Source: an uncultured Gemmatimonadales bacterium
Lineage (GTDB): Bacteria; Gemmatimonadota; Gemmatimonadetes; Gemmatimonadales; GWC2-71-9
DNA length: 64,000 bases
Assembly (NCBI GenBank): GCA_963828735.1
Contig: CAWHFW010000005.1
Coordinates: forward strand, 2,304,001 to 2,368,000
Reading direction: 5' to 3'
Part shown: piece by piece, positions 29,561 through 39,367 of the stretch
Layout of the letters: each line of letters opens with the position of its first letter
Position numbering within the stretch: the first letter of the stretch is position 1
Program-made: the position numbers and the translations under genes
Notes under the pieces: generated by a model
Seen by the model: the letters and a program-made list of their open reading frames with translations, nothing else
The model's database searches: none
Told to the model about the DNA's origin: nothing

Positions 29561-29616
29561 TTCGGTTTTTGTTCGGTACGCAATCTATAGATGCGCCTCG
29601 CGCCGAGTCCTGTCAA
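29561..29616 (-). promoter_or_regulatory. LexA-like operator CCGAACAAAAACCGAA with perfect TTGACA -35
   Basis: GTACCGAACAAAA is identical to the dnaE2 box; same 19-bp distance to the start codon and 45-bp offset to -35. Confidence 0.78.
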
Positions 29617-29639
29617 GGGCGCGGGGATACCTTTGCACC

Positions 29640-30488
29640 ATGCTCGGTGACGGATGGTCCGGCGCGACCGACGAATGGTTCGAGGGCGCCGGCGGAACCC
29701 GGCTGTTCTACCGCCATGCCCGCCCCGCCGGCGGCACGCGGGCGGTCGTGGTCGCCCTGCACGGATTGGGCGACCACTCGGGGTTGTACCCGATGCTGCC
29801 CGACGCGCTGCTGCCCCGAGGCATCGAGCTCTTCGCGCCGGATCTTCGCGGCAACGGCCGCTCGCCGGGCCAGCGCGGCTACCTGCAGTCCTGGGACGAG
29901 TTGCGCGAGGACCTCACCCGGCTGGTCACGAAGGCCCGCGCCGAACGGCCGGCGGTCGCGCTGTTCCTGCTCGGCAGCAGCCTCGGCGGGCTCGCCGTGC
30001 TGGACTACGCGCTGCACCGGCCCGAAGGCATCCGCGGCGTCATAGCGGTCGCTCCGCCGCTCGGTGACGTGGGGGTTCCGGCTCCGCTCCTCGCGCTCGG
30101 ACGGGTGCTGTCCCGTATCTGGCCGCGCTTTTCACTCGAGACCGGGATGGACCTGTCGGGCCTCGCGCGCGATCCGGGCATCGCCGAGCGCGTGCTTGCC
30201 GACCCGCTCTTTCACCGCAGGGGCACCGCGCGACTCTCCACCGAGGTGACGGCGACGATCACGGGCCTTCAGGCCGGCGCGGCGCGCTATCCGGTGCCGG
30301 TGCTCGTGCTCCACGGCGGCGCCGACCGGATGGTCCCGCCCGACGGAAGTCGGCGGTTCATCGCCGGGGTGGGGCATCCCGACAAACGGCTCATCGAATA
30401 TCCCGGCGCCTACCATGCGCTGCTCGCCGACATCGGTGGGGAGCGGGTGCTCGCGGATCTCGGTGAATGGCTCGACGCCCGGACGTGA
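29640..30488 (+). CDS. Alpha/beta hydrolase (lysophospholipase/monoglyceride lipase)
   Basis: HGLGDH, DLRGNGRS, GSSLGG nucleophile, D/H triad. Confidence 0.9.
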   Translation: MLGDGWSGATDEWFEGAGGTRLFYRHARPAGGTRAVVVALHGLGDHSGLYPMLPDALLPRGIELFAPDLRGNGRSPGQRGYLQSWDELREDLTRLVTKARAERPAVALFLLGSSLGGLAVLDYALHRPEGIRGVIAVAPPLGDVGVPAPLLALGRVLSRIWPRFSLETGMDLSGLARDPGIAERVLADPLFHRRGTARLSTEVTATITGLQAGAARYPVPVLVLHGGADRMVPPDGSRRFIAGVGHPDKRLIEYPGAYHALLADIGGERVLADLGEWLDART

Positions 30489-30976
30489 CGACGCGTCCGG
30501 TCGCCAAGGTGATGCCGGATCTCGCGCCGACCGGTACGGATGGCTACCGTAGAACAGTGCTGTCCCACTTCGTGCGCGCCATGCGCCTGCGTTGCCCGCA
30601 CTGCGGGGGCGGACCGATCTTCACCAGTTGGTCGCGCCTGCTCCCCGTGTGCCCCGTCTGCGGCCTCGGGCTCGAACGGGGAGAGCAGGGGTACTGGCTC
30701 GGCGCCTACTTCTTCAATCTGATGGGAGTGGAGACGGTCTTCAGCGTGTGGGTAGCGGGGTTTCTGCTCTGGACCTGGCCGAATCCGCCATGGGAGCTCT
30801 TCCAGGTCACCACGGTGGTGCTGATGGTCGTGGTTCCCTTCATCTTCTTTCCGTTCTCGAAGACGCTGTTTCTCGCGTTCGATCTCCTGATGCGTCCCCC
30901 GGACGAGGACGACTTCGCGGCTCCGCACGAGCCGTCGCCGCACTCGCGCGGGGCCGGCTCATCGGGCTCGCCCTAG
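30485..30976 (+). CDS. DUF983 family membrane protein
   Basis: CPHCG...CPVCG followed by two TM helices. Confidence 0.8.
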   Translation: MTTRPVAKVMPDLAPTGTDGYRRTVLSHFVRAMRLRCPHCGGGPIFTSWSRLLPVCPVCGLGLERGEQGYWLGAYFFNLMGVETVFSVWVAGFLLWTWPNPPWELFQVTTVVLMVVVPFIFFPFSKTLFLAFDLLMRPPDEDDFAAPHEPSPHSRGAGSSGSP

Positions 30977-33232
30977 GGCCTCCTCCAGCCGGCTCAACAG
31001 CTCTTCCGCCGTGAACGGCTTCTGCAGGTAGGGGCGATCGCCCTCGAGGAGGAGACGGCGGGTGCCCTCGTCGGGGTGGCCGGACATGAAGAGCACCGGC
31101 AGATCGGGCCGGAGCCGTGTCGCCCGCTCGGCCAGCTCCCGACCGTCCATCCGCGGCATGGCCAGGTCGGTGATGAGTAGATCGAACGACTCTTGCTCGT
31201 GCGCCAGCCGCTCGAGCGCCGCCTCGCCGTCGGGCGCCTCCACGACGCGATAGCCCTGGCTCATGAGCTCGCGGGCCACGACCGTCCGAACCAGCGGATC
31301 GTCCTCCACGACCAGCACGCTGGCCGCCGCGGCCGGCGCCGCCGGCGTGATCGGCTCGGACACGACGTGGGTCGGGGCCTCCACGCGCGGCAGGAACACC
31401 TCGATGCGCGTGCCGCGACCCTGCTCGCTCGCCGCGCGGATATACCCGCCGCTCTGCTTCACGAGGCCGTACACCATCGAAAGGCCCAGGCCGGTGCCCT
31501 TGCCCGGCGCCTTCGTGGTGAAGAACGGCTCGAAGGCACGCTGCAGGGTCGTCGGGGTCATCCCCTGGCCCGTGTCGGACACCACGAGACTGACGTACTC
31601 GCCCGCCTCGATCTCCTCGTCCTGGGACGGGAACGCCGTGCCGGCCGGCACGTTCACCAGCGACGTGCGAATCGAGAGCGTCCCTCCATCCGGCATCGCA
31701 TCGCGGGCATTGAGCGTCAGGTTGAGGAGCATCTGCTCGATCTGGCCCACGTCCGCCCTGACCCGTTGGCTCAGCGACCCGGGCTGAAGCTCGAGGGTGC
31801 AGCGGTCTCCCAGCGCACGGGCGAGGAACGGCCGCAGCCGCTCGATCACGGTGTCCAGGTCGACGACCTCGGGCTGGAGATGCTGGCGCCGGCCGTAGGC
31901 GAGGAGTTGCGCCGTGATCCGCGCGGTCCGCTCGGCCGCCTGGCGGATCTGCTCCACGTCGGTCCGCACGGGCCCAGGAAGCGCCGGATGCCGGAGGACG
32001 AACCCAGCGCATCCCAGGACGACCGTCATCTGGTTGTTGGTCTCGTGCGCGACGCCGCCCGCGAGGCGGCCGACGGCCTCGAGGCGATGGGCTTCGATCA
32101 GCTTCTCCTGCAGACGGCGATTCTCGGTCACTTCTTCCGCGGCGATGTTGATCCCGGCCATTCGTCCATCCGCGTCGCGGAGCGGGAGCCAAGTCGCGAC
32201 CCACACGCGCTCGATCCCCGGTTGGGCGTCCGTGATCCCGCGGATCTCGAGGTCCCGGACCGGTTCGCCGGTGGCCAGCAGGTGCTGGAGCTTCGGCTCG
32301 ATCTCGTCGGCGAGGGCCGGCGTGACCTCGCGCACGCTGCGTCCGATCAGTGCCTCCACCGGAGAACCGATCATCTCCGCCATGCGCTCGTTGAGGCGGA
32401 CGTACCGCAGCTCGCGATCGAGCACGCAGAGGCCCACCGGCGCCGAGCTGTAGACGGCCTCGATCTCGCGCAGGCGGGCCTGCGCCTCATCCTCGCTCCG
32501 CCGGAGCGCCGCCTCCTGCCGCTGGCGCTCGGTGATATCGCCGAGCACCCAGGCCCGCGTGGCCAGCCCCTCCTCGTTCTGGCCCAGGTCGGCGGTCACG
32601 CGGAAGTGCCGCTCGCCAAGCTGGATGTCCGTCGTCCCGAAGGGATCGCGCATCGCCGGGGCGAGCTCCGGGACCACGTCCTGCAGCCGCCGACCGATTA
32701 CCTCGTTGAAGGGACGGCCGACCAGACGGGCGAAGGCGACGTTGCAGCGCACGACCTGGTCGCCGTCGCGCGTCAGACACACGGGGTCGCTGATGAGATC
32801 GAACGTGGTGGTCCACTCGCGTGCAGCCGCGCGAATTATCCCCTCGGCCTGCCGCGCGCGAAGAAGGGAGCGCACCGTCGCGACGAGCTCGCTCGCGTCC
32901 ACGGGATGGGTCAGGTACCCGTCGGCGCCGCCCTCGAGCCCTTCGGCCTTGTTCTCAGGGCTGGTGAAGCTGGCGGAGATGTGGAGCACGGGCACGTCGC
33001 GCGTCGTCAGATTGCCCTTGAGCCGCCGGCACACCTCCAGACCGTTGAGGTCGGGGAGACGAATGTCGAGCGTGATCAGCGACGGGACATCCACCTGGGC
33101 GAGGCGGAGGGCCTCCAGGCCCGTCGCCGCCTCGCGCACGGCGAAACCGGCCTTGGACAGGACCCGTGCGACGTAGTAGCGCTCGGCGTCGTTGTCGTCC
33201 ACCACCAGGATGGACTCGAGGGCCTCAGGCAT
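30959..33232 (-). CDS. Hybrid histidine kinase REC-PAS-PAS-HisKA-HATPase-REC
   Basis: VVDDN/TLDIRLPD; AGGVAHETNN; EPFFTTK, GTGLGL; C-terminal ITDLAMP. Confidence 0.92.
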   Translation of the reverse strand: MPEALESILVVDDNDAERYYVARVLSKAGFAVREAATGLEALRLAQVDVPSLITLDIRLPDLNGLEVCRRLKGNLTTRDVPVLHISASFTSPENKAEGLEGGADGYLTHPVDASELVATVRSLLRARQAEGIIRAAAREWTTTFDLISDPVCLTRDGDQVVRCNVAFARLVGRPFNEVIGRRLQDVVPELAPAMRDPFGTTDIQLGERHFRVTADLGQNEEGLATRAWVLGDITERQRQEAALRRSEDEAQARLREIEAVYSSAPVGLCVLDRELRYVRLNERMAEMIGSPVEALIGRSVREVTPALADEIEPKLQHLLATGEPVRDLEIRGITDAQPGIERVWVATWLPLRDADGRMAGINIAAEEVTENRRLQEKLIEAHRLEAVGRLAGGVAHETNNQMTVVLGCAGFVLRHPALPGPVRTDVEQIRQAAERTARITAQLLAYGRRQHLQPEVVDLDTVIERLRPFLARALGDRCTLELQPGSLSQRVRADVGQIEQMLLNLTLNARDAMPDGGTLSIRTSLVNVPAGTAFPSQDEEIEAGEYVSLVVSDTGQGMTPTTLQRAFEPFFTTKAPGKGTGLGLSMVYGLVKQSGGYIRAASEQGRGTRIEVFLPRVEAPTHVVSEPITPAAPAAAASVLVVEDDPLVRTVVARELMSQGYRVVEAPDGEAALERLAHEQESFDLLITDLAMPRMDGRELAERATRLRPDLPVLFMSGHPDEGTRRLLLEGDRPYLQKPFTAEELLSRLEEALGRAR

Positions 33233-34613
33233 GCTGAATGTCCTCGATCGCGCGGAGCCCGGGGTCGGACAGTCTGGCGGGCTCGACATAGCAGGCCGGG
33301 ATCGTCACGGTGAACGTGGAGCCCACGCCGGGCGTGCTCGAGAGGGTGAGCTGCCCGCCCAACAGCTCCGCGAGCTTCCGCGACAGCGGAAGCCCGAGCC
33401 CGGCGCCGGTAGCCTTGCGCTGTAACGCGCTCTCGAGCTGCGAGAACTCCTCGAAGATCCGCTCCTGATCCTCCGGCGCGATGCCGATGCCGGTGTCGGC
33501 CACCGCGAACGCCACCCGCCCGCCGGACTCCGCGGCGGCGCCGACCCGCACCTCGCCGCGCTCGGTGAACTTGAGCGCGTTGGAGATCAGGTTGCGGAGG
33601 ATCTGCGACAGCTTGCCTTCATCGGTGGCAAACGCGGGAAGGTCGTTCGGGTCGTCGAAGACCAGCGCGACACGCTCGCTGGGAGTGATCGCCCGGAACA
33701 TGCCGCGAAGTCCCCCGAACAGGTCGATGGCAGTGAACGAGGTCGGACGGACGACGCTCCGGCCGGCCTCGATGCGCGCGAGGTCCAGGAGGTCGTTCAC
33801 CATCTCGGCCAGCGTCAGGGCCGCACCTCGCACGAAGCTGACCTGTCGATCCTGCTCGTCGTTGAGAGGGCCGTCCGCCCGATCGATCAGCAGGCCGGTG
33901 ATGTTGAGGATGGCGTTGAGCGGCGTTCGCAGCTCGTGGCTGATGTTGGAAAGGAAGCGCGACTTGAGCTCGGAGGCGCGGGCCAGATCGGCCGCCTTCT
34001 CCTCGAGCTCCGCGTACAGCGCCAGCACGCCGCGGTTCGTCTCCGCGAGCTCCTGGTTGAGGCGCTCGACCTCGCCCTGGTGATCGCGCACTTCCTGCAG
34101 AGCCCCCAGGAGCTCCTGGTTCTGGGCCTGGATCTCACCCAGTGGATCGGGCGGGGTGATCGAGGCCAGCTCGCGGCTCACGCGCGCCACCGCCTCGGCC
34201 GAGACCTGGGAGCCACGGGGCAACGTCTTGCCCAGCGTCACCACCGTGCCGACCCCCGGATTCGTCTCGATCTCGAACCGGTCGGCCAGGCGCCGGGCGC
34301 CGACGATGCCGAGGCCCATGCCCGTCGAGGAGCGGTACTGGCCTTCCAGCACGTCCTGCAGGCGTGCGATGCCCGGGCCGCGATCGGAGACGCGGATCAC
34401 CAACATCGCGGGGTCGGGCGCGAGCTCGAACGTCACCTTGCCGCCGCGGCCATACTGAAAGGCGTTGCGCGCGATCTCGGACACCGCCGTAGCCAGCCGG
34501 GTCTGCTCCAGCGCGTCGAACCCGAGCAGCGCCGAGACCTGGCGCGCCCGCTGGCGGGCGACCACGACGTCCTGCGCGCTTCGGATCTCGGAGGTGAGGA
34601 TCGAGGGGGTCAC
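33225..34613 (-). CDS. Histidine kinase with N-terminal RsbT-like domain
   Basis: TAVSEIARNAFQY...GMGLG; ETNRGVLALYAEL; SHELRTPLN. Confidence 0.9.
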   Translation of the reverse strand: MTPSILTSEIRSAQDVVVARQRARQVSALLGFDALEQTRLATAVSEIARNAFQYGRGGKVTFELAPDPAMLVIRVSDRGPGIARLQDVLEGQYRSSTGMGLGIVGARRLADRFEIETNPGVGTVVTLGKTLPRGSQVSAEAVARVSRELASITPPDPLGEIQAQNQELLGALQEVRDHQGEVERLNQELAETNRGVLALYAELEEKAADLARASELKSRFLSNISHELRTPLNAILNITGLLIDRADGPLNDEQDRQVSFVRGAALTLAEMVNDLLDLARIEAGRSVVRPTSFTAIDLFGGLRGMFRAITPSERVALVFDDPNDLPAFATDEGKLSQILRNLISNALKFTERGEVRVGAAAESGGRVAFAVADTGIGIAPEDQERIFEEFSQLESALQRKATGAGLGLPLSRKLAELLGGQLTLSSTPGVGSTFTVTIPACYVEPARLSDPGLRAIEDIQHA

Positions 34614-35611
34614 GCGGCTCCCGCCTCCCGTGCCGCCACGACGGTCACATCGTCCCGCCCGCGGGCGAAATCCCGGTAGAGCACGGCCGCCAGGAGCGCG
34701 GGATCCCGCAATCGCAGCGCCGGATAACGGTCCAGCGTCCACCGGGTCTGCAGTCCATCCGAATACAGCACCAGTACCGACCCCTTCGACCAGGGATAGG
34801 AGAACGTCTGGATCTTGCGGCACTCGTGACCCACGATCCCGGCATGGGACACGAGACCGCGCGTGGCCTCCGGGTCGAGCAGTGTGCCGCCGATGTTGCC
34901 GACGCCGGTGAAGGTCAGCTCGCCCTCCGCGGGCCGGACCTCCGCGATCGCGACCGCGGCGCCGCGGGTATGTCGCATGGCCGCGTGCGCCGTGGCCAGG
35001 ATGTCGGCTGCCGGCTCGGTGGAGTGCTCACGAAAGATCCGCACTGCTTCCGCGGCCGCCGCGGCCGCGCCTGGGCCATGGCCCAGGCCGTCGGCCACCA
35101 GCACCGACCATCGGCGGCCGTTTCCGAACCAGGACCAGGCGTCGCCGCAGACCGTTTCGCCGTGCTTCGCGACGGAAACCCCTGCGATCGCGACGTCTGA
35201 CGGCCAGGACCCCGCCGCCAGACGGAGCCGCGCCAGCACCGCCGTCCCCGCGCCGCTCACGGAAAAGATCTCGCACCGGTCCGCGATCCGCTGCACGGCG
35301 CCCAGCCCCGCGCCGCTGCTGCCGCCGGTGGAGTAGCCGTCGCGCAGGGCCTGCTCCACGCTGGTCATGCCCGGTCCGCGGTCGATGGCCACGAGCTCCA
35401 CCGCGGCCGGCTCCGTCAGGGTGCGCACGAGCAGCTCCCCACCGCCGCCGTGGCGCGCGAGATTGGTCGCCAGCTCGGTGGCGATGAGCGCGACCTTGCC
35501 GGCGTCGCTCTCGCCCGCGCCGAGACGCTCCGCCTCGGCCACGGCCGCCCGGCGCGCCGTGCCCACCTGGGTGGCGTCCTGCACGGGCACGACGAGACTC
35601 GAATTGGTCAC
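34610..35611 (-). CDS. RsbT-like ATPase fused to a SpoIIE/PP2C phosphatase (RsbX-like)
   Basis: ATELATNL, CGDAW, ADGLGHG, YSDGL, RDDVT motifs. Confidence 0.88.
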   Translation of the reverse strand: MTNSSLVVPVQDATQVGTARRAAVAEAERLGAGESDAGKVALIATELATNLARHGGGGELLVRTLTEPAAVELVAIDRGPGMTSVEQALRDGYSTGGSSGAGLGAVQRIADRCEIFSVSGAGTAVLARLRLAAGSWPSDVAIAGVSVAKHGETVCGDAWSWFGNGRRWSVLVADGLGHGPGAAAAAAEAVRIFREHSTEPAADILATAHAAMRHTRGAAVAIAEVRPAEGELTFTGVGNIGGTLLDPEATRGLVSHAGIVGHECRKIQTFSYPWSKGSVLVLYSDGLQTRWTLDRYPALRLRDPALLAAVLYRDFARGRDDVTVVAAREAGAA

Positions 35612-36015
35612 CGGGTCCACCGCGTGGCGGTGACGCGGGTGCCTTCGCCGACGCGCGACTCGATGGCGAAATCGTTCACCAGCCGCCGTGCTCCGCCCAG
35701 ACCCAGCCCGAGACCGCCGCGGGAGGTGTACCCATCCTTGAGGGCGAGCTGAATATCCGCGATGCCCGGCCCCTGGTCCTCGCAGATGAGCCGAAGCCCT
35801 CGCCGCCCGCCTTCGACCAGCAGCTCCAGGCGCGCGGTGCCGCCCCCGCCGTGCTCCAGCGTGTTGCGAGCGAGTTCGCTCGCCGCCGTCACGACCTTGG
35901 TCTGATCGACGAGGCCGAAGCCGACTTCCACCGCCCATTCCCGCATCCGCTGGCGCACCCGCACGATGTCGTTCGCGCTGCGGATCTCGAACGATTCATT
36001 CCGCTCGACCGTCAT
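35608..36015 (-). CDS. rsbT: Stressosome Ser/Thr kinase RsbT
   Basis: [23 protein letters not shown] motifs. Confidence 0.93.
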   Translation of the reverse strand: MTVERNESFEIRSANDIVRVRQRMREWAVEVGFGLVDQTKVVTAASELARNTLEHGGGGTARLELLVEGGRRGLRLICEDQGPGIADIQLALKDGYTSRGGLGLGLGGARRLVNDFAIESRVGEGTRVTATRWTR

Positions 36016-36391
36016 CGCTCACCTCGAGGACGCGGTCCTGGACCGCCCCTCGGAGCAGATCCATCCCCCGCTCCACGTTGAGCGCGGTGCGGACGCCTGG
36101 TAGGGAGAGGCCCAGCTCGACGAGCGTGATGGCCACGGCCGGCTGCATGCCCACCACGACGGTGGCCGCGTCCAGGACGCGCGCCATCGCGGCGCTGTTG
36201 GCCAGCATGCGGCCGATGAACGAGTCCACCACTTCGAGCGAGCTGATGTCGATCAGCACGCCCCGCGCACCGGTGCGGGAGATCCGGTCGGTGAGGTCGT
36301 CCTGCAAAGTGAGGGCGAGCTGGTCGTGCATGTCCACCTGGATCGTCACCAGGAGGAATTCGCCCATCTTGAGGATCGGGATGCGCTCCAC
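35996..36391 (-). CDS. rsbS: Stressosome STAS protein RsbS
   Basis: IPILKMG, VVDSF phosphosite, [14 protein letters not shown]. Confidence 0.93.
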   Translation of the reverse strand: MERIPILKMGEFLLVTIQVDMHDQLALTLQDDLTDRISRTGARGVLIDISSLEVVDSFIGRMLANSAAMARVLDAATVVVGMQPAVAITLVELGLSLPGVRTALNVERGMDLLRGAVQDRVLEVSDDGRAE

Positions 36392-36402
36392 GGCCGCCTC
36401 GG

Positions 36403-37275
36403 CTACGCGCGCACGGCCGCGCGGCTGACGACCAGATTGAGCCGCTTGAGCGCCATGGAGAAGGCGTCGGCCAGCGTGGCTTTGGTGATCACGTCGCCGA
36501 GGTCGACGCCGAGGTGCACGATCGTCTGGGCGATCTGCGGCCGGATGCCGCTGATGATGCACTCCGCTCCCATGAGGCGGGCGGCGGTCACGGTCTTGAG
36601 CAGATGCTGGGCGGTGAGCGTGTCCACGGTCGGAACGCCGGTGATGTCGAGGATGGCGACCTCGGCGCCGGTCTCCACGATGCGCTGGAGCAGCGACTCC
36701 ATGACGACCTGGGTCCGGGCGCTGTCGAGGGTCCCGATCATGGGCAGCGCGAGAATCCCGTCCCACAGCTTGACGACCGGCGTGGACAGCTCGAGCATGT
36801 CCTCCTGCTGCCGCAGGATGATCTCCTCCCGGGTCTTCTGGTACACCTCGGTGGTGTAGAGGCCGAGACGGTCCAACAGCTCGTCCGCCAGGCGCAGCTC
36901 CTCGAACAGCATGCCCACGTCCTTGCCGAGCTCGTCCCGGAGGCGCTGGAACAGCGCGGGCTTGAGGGAGAAGACGAAGGTCGCGGTCTCCGAGGGCGTG
37001 AACCCCTGTATGCTGCGGCTTCGTGTGATGGCGCTCAACATGTCACGGACGGCCGCCCACTCGGCGCCCCGCTGCACGTCCCTGAACGCGCCCGTCTGGA
37101 CGGCAGTCTGCAGGAGGCCGAGGAACTCTTTGGATTGAGCCTGCAGCTCCTGGTCCGAGATCAGGTCCCGCCGACGGGCGACAGATTCCTGCTGGAGCCG
37201 CAGCCAATCGCGCAGGATCTCCGAGTCGTACTTCCGGAGGATCTCGGGAAGGCGGGTCGAACGCTCGGCGGTCAC
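36403..37275 (-). CDS. rsbR: Stressosome sensor RsbR (RsbRD_N plus STAS)
   Basis: [31 protein letters not shown] motifs. Confidence 0.93.
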   Translation of the reverse strand: MTAERSTRLPEILRKYDSEILRDWLRLQQESVARRRDLISDQELQAQSKEFLGLLQTAVQTGAFRDVQRGAEWAAVRDMLSAITRSRSIQGFTPSETATFVFSLKPALFQRLRDELGKDVGMLFEELRLADELLDRLGLYTTEVYQKTREEIILRQQEDMLELSTPVVKLWDGILALPMIGTLDSARTQVVMESLLQRIVETGAEVAILDITGVPTVDTLTAQHLLKTVTAARLMGAECIISGIRPQIAQTIVHLGVDLGDVITKATLADAFSMALKRLNLVVSRAAVRA

Positions 37276-37462
37276 GGGCGCTGCTCCTAAGGAGGTTGTC
37301 GGCGTGGGCTGGGGGCGACGGGATGCACCCTGGGAGGGACGGCGGGAGACGTTACGTCTGTAGCCCGGGTAACCGTAGCTTGAGTATAGCGCCAGCATGG
37401 CGGGCCGCAATGTAGCCAGCGTACCGAGTACGGTGCCTCGCAAGGCATCGCTATGATTGAGC

Positions 37463-39367
37463 ATGGCGCTGAGTTTTCGAGCCCGCCGCCGGTTGGTGGC
37501 GCTCCGGGGTCCCGCCTGGCGGACGTGGCGGCGAGCGGACCGCGCCCGCCGGCGCGCGATCGTGGTGGTCGGCCGTCCGGTTGCCGCGGCACGCGGCATG
37601 TGGGACGAGTTCGTGGACTGGGTGAACGGGCTCGGGCTCAGCGAGAACACGATTCTCCTGGGCTTCGCCGTCGTGGTCGGCGTTGGCGGGGCGCTCGGGG
37701 TCGTCGTCTTCTACAAGCTTATCGACGCTGCTTATGGGCTGTTTTACCTATGGCCCGCAGGCTTCCTCTCGCGCGCGGACTTCCTGGCCTACCGGCCGCT
37801 GGTGACCGCGACCGGCTTCGCCGCGGCCTGGGCCGTCTGGCGACGCTTCGGGCACGGACTCGACGGCCTGAATGTGCCCGACGTCCAGCTCCGCGTCGCC
37901 CGTCAGGGCGGGCGCATCCCGATCCAGCCGGCCCTCGCTCGCACGGCCGCGAGTGCGATCACCATCGGCGCGGGCGGCTCGGCGGGGAGCGAGGGCCCGG
38001 TGGCCGTGCTGGGCTCGACCTTCGGCTCGTGGCTCGGCGGGATTTTCCGGTTCGAGCCCTCCCGCGTGTCGACCCTGGTCGGCGCCGGCGCAGCGGCCGC
38101 GATCTCGGCCGCGTTCAACGCGCCGCTCGCCGGGGCGTTCTTCGCGATCGAGGAGATCCTGGGCTCGTTCGCGGCCGGCGCCTTTTCGGCCGTCGTGGTG
38201 AGCAGCGTGCTGGCGGCCGTGGTGTCGCGCGCAGTGTTCGGCAACCATCCGGCGTTCCCGATTCCGGTCGAGTACGGCTACACGCTCACGCGCGAGGTCG
38301 TGCTCTTCTATCCGCTGCTCGGGGCGGTGACCGGGCTGATGTCGGCGCTGTTCATCTGGTGCTACTTCGGCTCCGACGCCTGGGCCCGCCGGCTTCGAGT
38401 GCCGACGGCGGCGCTGCCCTGGATCGGGGGCGCGCTCGTGGGTGGGATGGTCTACCTGTCGCGCGGGATCCTGGTGGGATACGGCCACCTCGCGGTGCAT
38501 CTCGAGGTGTTCGGGCAGATGGCGTGGTACTTCCTCCTGCTGCTCGCTCTCGGCAAGGTGCTCGCGACTTCCATCACGCTCACCACCGGCGGCTCCGGCG
38601 GCCTGTTCACCCCGTCGCTCTACATAGGTGCCGCCACCGGCGGCGCCTTCGGCGTGGCGCTCCGCGAGGTTTTCCCGGGCCTGCATATCCGTCCGGAGGC
38701 GTACGCGCTCGTCGGCATGGGGGCGCTAGTGGCCGGCGCGACCAATGCACCGATCACCGGCATCCTGATCGTGTTCGAGATGACGAACGACTACGCAATC
38801 GTCCTTCCATTGATGCTGACGACCGTGATCTGCCATCTCGTCGCGCGGCGACTAGCGCCCGACTCGCTGTATAGCGGCTGGCTCAGGCGGCGGGGCGAGC
38901 GGATCGAGCATGGGTCGGATCACGCGGTCCTGACGGATCTTCGAGTCCGCGACGCGTACGAGGCGGCGCCGCAGATCTTCGCGGCGGACGCCCCGATCGC
39001 CTCGCTCCTCGAACATTTGCGCCCTGGGGAACAGACCACCTTCCCCGTGGTGGATGGCGCCGGTGCTCTGCTCGGCGTGATCACCATGGCCGATCTCGCC
39101 CGGCTGGCGGAGGCTTCGACGCCGGATGGCGGCGCCCGCTCGGCGGCCGACCTCGCCGGGCCGATCGAGGCGGTCACGCTCGGCGACTCGCTGCTCGAGG
39201 CCGTCCGGAGGATGGGCGTCCGCGGTACGCCGGCGCTCCCGGTCGTGGACCGAAGCGCTCGGCTCCTCGGGATCGTGAGCCGGAGCCACATCCTCGCGGC
39301 CTACGAGCGCGCTCTGACCGGCGGACGTGGTACCACGGGCGGTGGCGATCTGGATCGTCGGGCTTAG
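37463..39367 (+). CDS. CLC family chloride channel/antiporter with a CBS pair
   Basis: GSEGP, FNAPLAG, GGLFTP, EMTNDY motifs; C-terminal CBS domains. Confidence 0.92.
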   Translation: MALSFRARRRLVALRGPAWRTWRRADRARRRAIVVVGRPVAAARGMWDEFVDWVNGLGLSENTILLGFAVVVGVGGALGVVVFYKLIDAAYGLFYLWPAGFLSRADFLAYRPLVTATGFAAAWAVWRRFGHGLDGLNVPDVQLRVARQGGRIPIQPALARTAASAITIGAGGSAGSEGPVAVLGSTFGSWLGGIFRFEPSRVSTLVGAGAAAAISAAFNAPLAGAFFAIEEILGSFAAGAFSAVVVSSVLAAVVSRAVFGNHPAFPIPVEYGYTLTREVVLFYPLLGAVTGLMSALFIWCYFGSDAWARRLRVPTAALPWIGGALVGGMVYLSRGILVGYGHLAVHLEVFGQMAWYFLLLLALGKVLATSITLTTGGSGGLFTPSLYIGAATGGAFGVALREVFPGLHIRPEAYALVGMGALVAGATNAPITGILIVFEMTNDYAIVLPLMLTTVICHLVARRLAPDSLYSGWLRRRGERIEHGSDHAVLTDLRVRDAYEAAPQIFAADAPIASLLEHLRPGEQTTFPVVDGAGALLGVITMADLARLAEASTPDGGARSAADLAGPIEAVTLGDSLLEAVRRMGVRGTPALPVVDRSARLLGIVSRSHILAAYERALTGGRGTTGGGDLDRRA

